Of a DNA stretch of 64,000 bases, positions 37,765 to 47,200 are shown piece by piece. The notes under the pieces were generated by a model, which was not told the origin of the DNA, did no database searches, and saw nothing but the letters and a program-made list of their open reading frames with translations. The position numbers were made by a program, and so were the translations under genes. This DNA is from Nitrospirota bacterium (GTDB lineage Bacteria; Nitrospirota; Thermodesulfovibrionia; Thermodesulfovibrionales; JdFR-85): NCBI GenBank assembly GCA_035873375.1, contig JAYWMQ010000006.1:65551-129550 (forward strand), written 5' to 3'. How positions within the stretch are numbered: position 1 is the first letter of the stretch; each line of letters opens with the position of its first letter.

Positions 37765-39132
37765 TTGACAGAAAACATACCCCTGAAAAAGAGCGATGCC
37801 TTTCTCTGCAATTTTGTAATGGAACCCCTTTTAGTGATAAACAGGGCTGGAAGGGTTATCGCTTTCAACAAGGCCTTTACGGAGATCCTTGGAGGAAAGG
37901 AAGCATCCATAAAAGGCAAGGATTTCAGGGAGATAGAGGAATTAGCAAGTTTCTGGCCCTCTGTGCAACATTGTCTGAATACGTGTGAAGACATTAAGGA
38001 CAGGTTGCGCATCGGTGAGATTGAGTATGAAGTCACAATACATCCTGCCACTTCAATTGATGGCAAGGAGATTCTGAGTCTGCTCTTCTATGACGTATCA
38101 CATTATCTGACAGTAGAAAAGGAGCTTGTAAAACGTAATCGCGAGCTAATGGTTATTAATACACTTTCAGGTGCATTTATATCCTCATATGATATTGACA
38201 GGGTCTTTAATGACCTTCTTGAGAAGGTATTGATGATAACCGACTTCAGTGTAGGATGGATAATGTTGACCGACAACAGTGGTCTCATACTCAAGAGTCA
38301 TGCAGGGGTTTCCCTGAATTTCCTGAAGCAGTTAAATGAAGGCAAGCTTGATGAGTTTGTCTGGTCAATACTGGATGCTGCAGAGCCGTTATATATACTT
38401 GAAAAGGATCAGGTCAAGAACTTTCATCATCTGAAAAAAGAGGGGGTTGTCTTCATGGGAGCAATACCTCTGAAGGTATCAAATTCGATATCCGGCATGC
38501 TCTTTCTTGCCAGCAGGTCTGAAAGGGTTTTTGACTTTGACCTTGCATCCATGATGGCCCTTGTGGGTAACCAGATATCCCTGATAGTGGAGAAGATCAG
38601 ACTTTTTGAGGAGACAAGAAGGCTCTCTATAACTGATGACCTGACCGGTCTTTATAATGTGAGATTCTTTTACCGTTCCCTTGAGTCGGAACTTGCAAGG
38701 GCAAGGCGGTATCAGGATGCCTTTTGCCTTGTTATCTTTGACATTGATGACTTCAAGCTAATAAATGATACTTATGGTCACCAGGTTGGAGATGATGTCC
38801 TGAGAGAGGTGGCTGAGATTATCCTGAACTCAGCGAGGAAAACCGATATTGTTGCAAGATACGGCGGAGAAGAGTTTGTTATCATCCTTCCAAGAACATC
38901 CAAGACAGAGGCCCTTCTTCTTGCTGACAGGATCAGGGAGCGGGTGGAGGAAAATGTCTTCAATAAAAATAATACTGTAAAGATACATATAACCGTAAGT
39001 GGCGGTATATCAGGTTTTCCGGAAGATGGTAAATCTGCTAAAGACCTCTTGTATACCGCTGATATGGCGCTTTATCGTGCCAAGGGATCAGGAAAAAAAC
39101 AGGTCGTCTGCCACTCATCTGAAACCTCATGA
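37765..39132 (+). CDS. Diguanylate cyclase with N-terminal PAS-like and GAF-like sensor regions
   Basis: DDLTGLYNVRFF...FDIDDFKLINDTYGH.VGD, I-site RKTD five residues before GGEEF. TTG start. Confidence 0.9.
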   Translation: MTENIPLKKSDAFLCNFVMEPLLVINRAGRVIAFNKAFTEILGGKEASIKGKDFREIEELASFWPSVQHCLNTCEDIKDRLRIGEIEYEVTIHPATSIDGKEILSLLFYDVSHYLTVEKELVKRNRELMVINTLSGAFISSYDIDRVFNDLLEKVLMITDFSVGWIMLTDNSGLILKSHAGVSLNFLKQLNEGKLDEFVWSILDAAEPLYILEKDQVKNFHHLKKEGVVFMGAIPLKVSNSISGMLFLASRSERVFDFDLASMMALVGNQISLIVEKIRLFEETRRLSITDDLTGLYNVRFFYRSLESELARARRYQDAFCLVIFDIDDFKLINDTYGHQVGDDVLREVAEIILNSARKTDIVARYGGEEFVIILPRTSKTEALLLADRIRERVEENVFNKNNTVKIHITVSGGISGFPEDGKSAKDLLYTADMALYRAKGSGKKQVVCHSSETS

Positions 39133-39173
39133 ATTTTCATCCAGGTATCTTCGTTCATCTGTTATAATATCAC

Positions 39174-39938
39174 ATGATTCAGGTGTTTAAAAGACCGGAA
39201 AGCCTCAAGGATGTGCCTTTCAGGTTCTGTCCAGGATGTGGGCATAGTATAGTGCACCGTCTTGTTGCCGAGTGCATTGACGAACTCGGGATAAGGGAAA
39301 GGACCATAGGCACAGCACCTGTTGGTTGTGCCGTTTTTGCCTATGATTATTTTAATTTTGACGTAATAGAATGCGCACATGGAAGACCTCCTGCAGTCGC
39401 TACAGCCTTAAAAAGGGTGATGCCCGACAAGGTTGTCTTTTCCTACCAGGGAGACGGAGATCTTGCCTCTATAGGATTGGGAGAGATTGTCCATGCTGCC
39501 AACAGGGGTGAAAACCTCTCCGTCTTTTTTATAAATAATGCCACATATGGTATGACCGGCGGGCAGATGGCCCCCACTACACTGCTGGGACAAAAGACTA
39601 CAACCACTCCTGCCGGGCGTGACCCGAAGAGCGAGGGGTATCCCCTTCCCATGGCCGAGATACTTGCGACCATTGAGGGTTCTGTTTTTATAGCCAGGAC
39701 AGCCATTGACGGAATAAAGGGCATAAAAGAGACCAGGAAATTAATAAAAAGATCCTTTCAATATCAGTTGGAAGGCAAGGGGTTCAGCATGATCGAGATT
39801 TTATCTCCATGTCCGACTGTCTGGAAAAAAACCCCCGTGGAATCACTGCGGTGGTTAGCCAGCCAGATGGAATTAGTTTACAGGACAGGGATATTAATAG
39901 ACAGGTGCCGGGAGTTACAGGATTGGAAAAAAGTATAA
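39174..39938 (+). CDS. 2-oxoacid:ferredoxin oxidoreductase beta (TPP-binding) subunit
   Basis: FCPGCGHSIVHRL...QGDGDLASIGLGE..HAANRGENL...NNATYGMTGGQ. Confidence 0.9.
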   Translation: MIQVFKRPESLKDVPFRFCPGCGHSIVHRLVAECIDELGIRERTIGTAPVGCAVFAYDYFNFDVIECAHGRPPAVATALKRVMPDKVVFSYQGDGDLASIGLGEIVHAANRGENLSVFFINNATYGMTGGQMAPTTLLGQKTTTTPAGRDPKSEGYPLPMAEILATIEGSVFIARTAIDGIKGIKETRKLIKRSFQYQLEGKGFSMIEILSPCPTVWKKTPVESLRWLASQMELVYRTGILIDRCRELQDWKKV

Positions 39939-40477
39939 TCATTTCAGGCTCCGGTGGACAGGGTATACTCTTGTTCGGCCGGCTGATTGCACACACACTA
40001 ATGATCGAGGGTAAAAATGTCACCTATTTCCCATCCTATGGGGCCGAGATCAGAGGAGGAACTGCTAATTGTAGTGTAATAGTATCCGATGATTTAATTG
40101 GTTCTCCGTTGGTCATGAATCCTGATATTTTGATTGTTTTTAATTGTCCGTCCCTTGAGAGATTTCTGCCCAGGCTGAAAAGGGAAGGGGTTCTGTTCTA
40201 TGATTCCTCTTTAATCACAAGTGATGGATGCGACAGGCTGTCTGTGGTCGATGAAACGTCTGACTTTCATTCTGTTGGAGTGGAGGCATCAGGGAAGGCT
40301 GCAGGGCTTGGCTCAATAAGGTATGCAAATATGGTGATGTTTGGTGCACTCCTCAGAAAAACCGTTATCTCAGACCTTTCCAGGGCTGAAAAGGGCCTCA
40401 GGGCACTGGTATCTGAAAGACACCTTGCACTTATTCCGGGAAATCTTGAGGCGATAAAAGTTGGTTATGAGTTATAA
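39923..40477 (+). CDS. 2-oxoacid:ferredoxin oxidoreductase gamma subunit
   Basis: IIISGSGGQGILLFGRLIAHTLMIEGKNVTYFPSYGAEIRGGTANCSVIVSD. Start uncertain: I use in-frame TTG 39923, and the track ORF begins at 39809 inside the beta gene. Confidence 0.85.
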   Translation: MEKSIIISGSGGQGILLFGRLIAHTLMIEGKNVTYFPSYGAEIRGGTANCSVIVSDDLIGSPLVMNPDILIVFNCPSLERFLPRLKREGVLFYDSSLITSDGCDRLSVVDETSDFHSVGVEASGKAAGLGSIRYANMVMFGALLRKTVISDLSRAEKGLRALVSERHLALIPGNLEAIKVGYEL

Positions 40478-40955
40478 AAAGCCTGCAAACCGTAAATCCT
40501 TACGAATCAGAAAGGCCGCCACACGGGACGTAAGGGAGATACATCGTCTCGTTAATTCTTTTGCAAAGAGGGAACAGATGTTGCCGCGCTCACTCAACGA
40601 GATATATGAAACCCTCAGAGATCATATTGTATGTGAAGATGATGGTGGTGACGTAACAGGTGTTTGTGCATTACATATACTCTGGGAGGACCTTGCAGAA
40701 ATAAGGTCCCTGGCTGTAAAGGCGGATGTCCAGAGGCAGGGCACAGGAAAAAGACTGGTAAAAAGCTGTATTTCTGAGGCAAAACGGCTCGGCATAGAAC
40801 GCATCTTTGTTCTTACCTACAATCCTGATTTTTTCCGGTCCCTCGGGTTTGTCGATATAGACAAGTCGGAGTTACCGCAAAAAATATGGGGAGACTGTCT
40901 CAGATGTCATAAGTTTCCGGAGTGTGATGAGTTTGCCTTGATTAAGAAGGTGTGA
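40467..40955 (+). CDS. GNAT N-acetyltransferase (N-acetylglutamate-synthase-like)
   Basis: IRKAATRDVREIHRLV...AEIRSLAVKADVQRQGTGKRLV. Acetyl-CoA motif Q/RxxGxG. Confidence 0.8.
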   Translation: MSYKKPANRKSLRIRKAATRDVREIHRLVNSFAKREQMLPRSLNEIYETLRDHIVCEDDGGDVTGVCALHILWEDLAEIRSLAVKADVQRQGTGKRLVKSCISEAKRLGIERIFVLTYNPDFFRSLGFVDIDKSELPQKIWGDCLRCHKFPECDEFALIKKV

Positions 40956-41511
40956 GGTTTATTTTTATGTAGGATTTCTCTCTCAGTTTTTCAATGAGTT
41001 TCCTGAGATGTTTATTTACCTCTCTTTCCCTCAGAAGTCTCTCAATATCATCCCGGACATCGTCTATCAGGGTCTTTCCGAACCTTTGCCTGTTTTCATT
41101 ATAGAACCTTTCGATCTCCTCCGGTGGAATCTTTATAAAGACCCTGACTTTTATATCAACATACTCTTTAATAAGTTCATCGTCTGATTTGCCGCGTAAC
41201 CGTATCCTCTTTGCCTCCCTGAGCAGGAGCCTTCGGTTAATCAGGGCATTTATAGCCTCTTCTTCAGAAAGCCCGGGTGCTAACTTTTTGGCCTTTTCGG
41301 TGTATTGCATAAAATCCGTCAGGGTAATCGCCTCATCATCAATAAAGGCAACAACCCGGTCAATGAGCTCAGCAGATGAAGGTTGCAGGAATGCCGTCAG
41401 TATCAGTGTAAGTGTCAATGTCAGTGTTAGTAGTATAGTAATAATGTAGTTGCTGTATCTGGAACCCGCAACCCGCAACCCGCAACCCGCAATGCTGTCA
41501 TCAGAATGCAT
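40942..41511 (-). CDS. SurA N-terminal-domain-only periplasmic chaperone (start ambiguous)
   Basis: Signal peptide YIITILLTLTLTLTLILTAFLQPSSA, then LIDRVVAFIDDEAITLTDF...INRRLLLREAKR. Candidate starts are ATG 41511 (overlaps the bamA stop by 11 nt) or TTG 41478 inside the heptamer tract. Confidence 0.75.
   Translation of the reverse strand: MHSDDSIAGCGLRVAGSRYSNYIITILLTLTLTLTLILTAFLQPSSAELIDRVVAFIDDEAITLTDFMQYTEKAKKLAPGLSEEEAINALINRRLLLREAKRIRLRGKSDDELIKEYVDIKVRVFIKIPPEEIERFYNENRQRFGKTLIDDVRDDIERLLREREVNKHLRKLIEKLREKSYIKINLTPS
41463..41492. repeat. Heptanucleotide tandem repeat, AACCCGC x4.3 (GCGGGTT on the coding strand)
   Basis: Read directly as AACCCGC AACCCGC AACCCGC AACCCGC AA. Lies 9 nt 3' of the bamA stop, in the first codons or 5' leader of the chaperone gene. 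Confidence 0.9.
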
Positions 41512-44206
41512 GTCCAATACTGAAATGTACCTCTCCCGCACTTTCACCCTCCTTTCTGTCAAGTTTATGCCCATAGTCGATCCGTATGGGCCCAACTGGT
41601 GTCCTGTATCTTATACCCAGCCCGGCTGTATATCGAAAGGTCAGATTCATATCGACCGTTTTTGTCCATACATTTCCTCCGTCAAGAAATCCGACAATAC
41701 TAAAACCCCTTCCAATATAAGTTCTCAGTTCAATATTGGACATCAGAAAGGCGTTTCCGCCGGTTGGTGTACCATCCTTACCCTTTGGTCCGAGGGTGTC
41801 CTGTTCAAAACCCCTCACAGTATTTCTCCCTCCGAGGAAGAATCTCTCAACAATGGGAAGTTCTCTTGTGTCAACAAATCCCTGTGCCGCTCCTCCTTTA
41901 ACGGCAAGGGCAAGAGTAAATCGTCTTCCGAGTTTCCTGTAAGTACTTGCATGAATAGTCAATTTCACAAAATCCGTTTCTCCAAGGAGATAAGTACTCG
42001 CAAATTTCAGGGAGGCGCCAACCAATACCCCCCTGGTAGGGTCAAAAGGATTATCCCTGGTGTCATAGAGTGCACCGGGACGTATGCTGCTGATAGCGAG
42101 TGTGCCTTCGTCCTCCCTTGACAAGACAACATCCGGCTTTAAATCAAAGGTTTCGACAAGGGAAAAGTCATAAGCAATCTGTGCCTTCAGGTTATTGGTC
42201 AGGTTTTTTTCAAGTGATACCCCGGAGGAGTTTTTCTTCATCCTGTACCTGACCTCTCCGGTGTCGATACTCTTTTCCGTACGGGTCTCTCTGAGGAGGA
42301 AGGCGTTAAAGACGAAAGGTCTTCCAAGCAGATAGGGTTCATGATAGCCAAGAACAAATCTTTCCTTCAGCGTACTCAATTCCCCTCTCAGATGTATCCT
42401 CCTGTTCATCCCCCATAGATTCCTGTAACTTATGTCTATGGAGCCTCTCAAACCTTCATAGTCCTCGTAACCAAGACTGAATTCAACCACACCCGGATTG
42501 CGTTCACTAACGGTTATAACGATATCACGTTTGTTGTCCTTTTTATCAAGTAGCTTGATATCAATATCTTTAAAGAGCCCGAGACGATAAAGACGTTTTG
42601 TCCCTTCCAAAAGCAATTTGTAGTTAAAGGGTTCGCCTTCTTTATGAATGAACTCCCTTTCAATGACCTCGGTCCTTGTGAACATGTTACCCCTGACTAT
42701 TGTTTTACCGAAATATTCCTTTTCACCTTCCGTAATCCTGAATATGACTTTCACTGACTGTCCTGATGTCATGGCATCAACAGAGACATTTATATCTGTA
42801 AAACCCTGTTCCTTATAACTGTCGGTCAAACGCTTTTTTGCATTTATTATGTCCAGTTCATTGTAGGGGGCATTCCTTTTAATGTTTAAAATCCTGTAGA
42901 TCTCTTTATCAGTAAAAAAGGCGTTGCCTTTGGCTATGACCTCACCAATCCGGAACCGCGGCCCCTCGTTCAGGGTAAAGTTTATATCCACTGTTCCTGT
43001 TTCCTCGGATATATTGACAGCAGTATCCTCAATCTTTGCATTCAGATAACCCAGCGCCCTGTAAAGTCCTGTTATGGTTTCAGCGTCCGGCTCTAAAAGG
43101 TCAGGATTATAGGGGGACCCCTCTTTCAGGCTTATAACATTTTTAAGCATCTTTTCACTGATGGAGTTGTTCTTGAATTCTATCTTCTGTATCTTATATG
43201 CTTTCCCTTCGTAAATAAAAAAGGTAAGGGAAATGGTCTTCTCATCCTCAGTCCTTAAAGGTGCAACCTGGGCATAAATAAATCCCTTCTGATGGTAAAG
43301 AGAGAGTATTTTTGCCGAGACTTCTTCAATTAACTCATCCTCAATCTCCTCTGCTTCACTGAAGGGCATTATCTTCAGAAGTTTTGATGTGCTTATCTCC
43401 GTATTTCCGTTTATCTCAATCTTCAATCTCTTGCCAGGAGAAACAAGAACTGTAAGAAGACCCTCGGAAAACGTAAAGGGGCCGACTATTGGATTAAGAT
43501 AGCCCTTTGACTTCAGGTATTCCCTGATTCTCTCCAGGTCTTTTTTTATCTTTTCAACGTTATATATATCACCTGATTCAATGTACATCTTCTGCCGCAG
43601 CCATTGATCAGCACCCTTGATCTCAATCCTCTGGATAACGAGGGGCTCACCCTCATTGACTTTTATTTTTATAATCGTCCTGTAAGGTTTTGGAGCTTTT
43701 TCCACAGTCAACGATAGTGATGCCTCCGGAAACCCAATCAGTCCGAGGGAGTTCTTGAGTTCTTTCCTGGCTTTCTCAATAAGGTCATAGCGCATTATAC
43801 CGTCCTCTTTCAGGATAAACATCTTTTTTATCTCCCTGCCTGAAAGGTATCGGTTGCCGGAGACCTTTATTTTATAAATGTATTCGCGTTCCCTGACCTG
43901 AATGAGAAGGGTCTTTCCCGGTGCATAACTGACTGCAATATCCTCAAATATACCCTTTCTGAATGCCCTCTTTATCCCCTCACTTATTGTCCCCCTGGCT
44001 ATCAATCCCCGACGGATATTCATCAAATAGAGGAGTTCATCTTTTGTGCATGAGGCAAGTCCCTTTATGATGATCTTCTCTGCAAGGAAACCCTCTGCGG
44101 CCTGAACCTTCAAAGGAAGAGTCAGAAAAGACGGAACCATCACAAGGACAAACAGCAGACAGCAGGCACTACGCACCAATTTTCTTACCCGGGTTTCTGC
44201 CGTCAT
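41501..44206 (-). CDS. bamA: Outer membrane protein assembly factor BamA (Omp85)
   Basis: Signal peptide, multiple POTRA-like repeats, C-terminal beta-barrel ending ...VHFSIGHAF. ATGA overlap with tamB. Confidence 0.9.
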   Translation of the reverse strand: MTAETRVRKLVRSACCLLFVLVMVPSFLTLPLKVQAAEGFLAEKIIIKGLASCTKDELLYLMNIRRGLIARGTISEGIKRAFRKGIFEDIAVSYAPGKTLLIQVREREYIYKIKVSGNRYLSGREIKKMFILKEDGIMRYDLIEKARKELKNSLGLIGFPEASLSLTVEKAPKPYRTIIKIKVNEGEPLVIQRIEIKGADQWLRQKMYIESGDIYNVEKIKKDLERIREYLKSKGYLNPIVGPFTFSEGLLTVLVSPGKRLKIEINGNTEISTSKLLKIMPFSEAEEIEDELIEEVSAKILSLYHQKGFIYAQVAPLRTEDEKTISLTFFIYEGKAYKIQKIEFKNNSISEKMLKNVISLKEGSPYNPDLLEPDAETITGLYRALGYLNAKIEDTAVNISEETGTVDINFTLNEGPRFRIGEVIAKGNAFFTDKEIYRILNIKRNAPYNELDIINAKKRLTDSYKEQGFTDINVSVDAMTSGQSVKVIFRITEGEKEYFGKTIVRGNMFTRTEVIEREFIHKEGEPFNYKLLLEGTKRLYRLGLFKDIDIKLLDKKDNKRDIVITVSERNPGVVEFSLGYEDYEGLRGSIDISYRNLWGMNRRIHLRGELSTLKERFVLGYHEPYLLGRPFVFNAFLLRETRTEKSIDTGEVRYRMKKNSSGVSLEKNLTNNLKAQIAYDFSLVETFDLKPDVVLSREDEGTLAISSIRPGALYDTRDNPFDPTRGVLVGASLKFASTYLLGETDFVKLTIHASTYRKLGRRFTLALAVKGGAAQGFVDTRELPIVERFFLGGRNTVRGFEQDTLGPKGKDGTPTGGNAFLMSNIELRTYIGRGFSIVGFLDGGNVWTKTVDMNLTFRYTAGLGIRYRTPVGPIRIDYGHKLDRKEGESAGEVHFSIGHAF

Positions 44207-47200
44207 CTGAACTCCACCCTGAACTTTATATCAGCGCCGATGGTTCCGAGCTCATCCCGTTCCCCAACAAGTGATATATTGTCACTCAGAAAAAACTCCA
44301 CTCTCAGGGATTGTTCAGGGGCATTGCCTAACGATGTTGTATATGTCACATATAGCCTGTCCGTAAGAAGCCTCTTTGAGACCGTAATCTTTGGTCCTAT
44401 TGTGCCCGTGATTTCAGAGACGTAAGGTTCTACCTGTATCCTGTCAAAGCCTGTAATGTTTCTCAGTCTCTCTTCAAGTGTTTCCTGAAGTTTTCCCGTC
44501 AGAAAAGATGCAGCCTCGGAAGCGCCGATTCCGCCTTCAAATCCCTTCAGCTTGGTGCCAAGCTCTCCCACGGTCAGGAGGCTCAGGATGTCTATCTCAT
44601 CAAGCATAGGTTCAGAAGAGAGGGAGAGGTTAAACTGTTCCGCATATCCCTCCAGGGAGAGATGTATCTGATAGTCCTTTACCCTTGTACTGGCAACGAT
44701 ATCAAAAAACGGGTTTATCCTCGCCGGGTCGGTAAAGTCGGCACTGGCATTTATTATGGTGAATTCATTATTCCTGAAGAATATCTTTCCCCCTTTCAGC
44801 TCTACCCGTCCTATCAGGGAGGGGTTCTTCAATGTGCCCAATATCACAAGGTCGATCCTTGCAGGGGCCGTTGCAAGATTATTGTCTATTATTATATCCT
44901 CATCACCATAAAGGTTGATATTAAGTTCAATGGTATCGAGAAGACCGTACTGCTTTTTTTGCAGGGCAGGTTTTTTTGCACTGAGGATCCAGCTTCTCCA
45001 TTCAATATTCCTTGTATATCTGCCCTTCAGCACCCTCAGATCTCCAATCAGGTATATACCCTCCTGTTTTTTTGCCAGTACCAGGTCTCCCGAGAGCTTG
45101 AAAGAGACCCCTTCCTCGAGGTATAAGTTGATGTTTTTTACAACACCTTCAAGATGATAATTCCTGAGTTTCAGACCCTTTAGCTGACCAACGCCCCTTA
45201 TCCTTATGTTTCCGGATGCAAACCTGCCTGACAGGGTATCAAGGACGATCCTGTTTTCATCAATATAAATATATCCCTTTATGGAAGAGAACCTGTTAGG
45301 GATTCCCGTTACAGCAAGTGAAGTCTCCTCAATTGAGAGCCCCCCGCTAATTACGGGATCAAGCCACTTGCCCCTTATGGCAAGGACAAAGTCGGAATAG
45401 CCCCTTATATATTCCAGCCCGGATATGAATCCCTCTAATGGACTGAGATATGCCCTTCCATTTATTGTCATGTCATATCCCTTCTCAAGGTCGAGGTTGC
45501 CGTTTATGCTGAGTGCAGCAAGTCCTGTCCTCAGGCTGAAAGAGTTGAATTCAATCTTTGAACCATCAATTGTCAGCATAATATCTTCCGTATTTGTGAA
45601 GTTCTGCCCATAGAGATTAAGTTTCAGACTCTTTAACAGTACTCTGCCCATCACAGAGCGGGAAGTTCCCGAAAGGTTTATCTCCCCTCGCAGGGAGAGG
45701 AATAGATCCTCCGGAATATCCTTTGAGAAGACATCCTTCGAAAACAAAAGGATTAAATCATCATATAACCCTTCCTTAACATCTATCCTGGCCCTCCATG
45801 GCAGCTCACCGGACATAGCCATGCTCCCGGCAATTGAGACCTGTTTCCTGAATAACCTGACCTCGAGGGTGAGCTCCCGGTTCTTAAGTCTCAGATGAAT
45901 ATCACCTAAATCTGATTGAATGGAAGGCTCTGTGTCTTTTCCGGTTGCACCACGGTCAGTGATCACCTCTATCATTCCATTGAATTCTCCCTCAGGAGAC
46001 TTTAATGAACCACTCACCTTCAGGTCACCCCTGAGACGTAATCCCCGAGGTAGTTTACCGGCAATATCATTAGAAACAAGGGAGAGCGTAAATTCATCGC
46101 TCTTTATAACGCCGGTGCTTGAGATGAAGAATGAGCCTTTTAAAAAAGAGGTGCCTTTTGTAAATACAAGGTTTGAGAGGTTAAACCCGCTGCGGCTGTA
46201 TTTGAAGTCTGTTTTCATATCTGCATAAATACTTTTTATTTTCAGTTCTTCGGTCTCTGCATGGCCATCCAGAATCACGTTATTTAAAGGTCCGGTAATC
46301 CTGAAATCACCGGATAATATACCTTCTGCCTCATCTGTTATCTCAGGAAATCCTTGATCCTCCATGGGTGCCGACTTCAGTGCAATCCACTTCTTAAGGT
46401 TGTCAAGGTGTAGTCGCGAAAAAGTGCCGGAGAGAGAGAACTCCGGCTTATCGAAGGTAAACAGTTCAGATTCAAGGGTCTTTACCGTGCCCATTAAAGT
46501 ATATGCTGTATCCTTCAGCTTCCCCTCAAGGCTGTTAATTGTCAACCCCCTCTTTCTGTATGATATAAGGGCATCAAGACATCCCAGAGGCCGGTTCAGA
46601 TAGAAGAAGTTGCACAGGCTTGCGTTACCTGAAATTACCGGGTCTTCGATCAACCCTGTAACATTGCCCTCAAACTGTCCGGTTCCCTTTATTATTCCCT
46701 CTTTATAATATACTTCGTTAAGGTTTTCTGTTGAAGCAAGGGCCTTCAGTCTGAGTATTCCTTTCCCGAAATCCAGGAATCCTTCAGTGGCAAGCCTGGT
46801 CCTGGAAGATGATGCCTTAATGTCTGTTAGTGTAAGCACATGACCTTTCATACGGAAGGAACCACTTGCCTTTTTTATCTTTTTAAGAAACGACGTCTCG
46901 GATGACTTGCCGTTGACACCTCTATTCCGGTCTGTTTGAAATGCCCTGTATTGAAAAGTGCCCCATGGTTCAAAAGCCCGTCCCTCTGATTGCAGCAAAC
47001 CTGTAACACTGCCTGGTGGTAATCCGGGGTCCCATTTGATCAGTTTCAATATGTTGTGGCTGTCAAGGGATTCCGCCTGAACCTTCAGTGTAAATCTTGT
47101 TGGTCTTGAGAGGTAGATATTAACCCCTACAGCAGCACTCCCGTTATAGGCACTGACTTTGCCATCGTAAAACTGCAGCACCTTTTCCTTATAAAGAAGC

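Noticed and set aside
41450-42121. A 223-aa plus-strand ORF. Several 60-190-aa plus-strand ORFs also occur across 44240-48131.
   Set aside because: All lie antisense within the clearly coding bamA and tamB genes and have no recognisable motifs.
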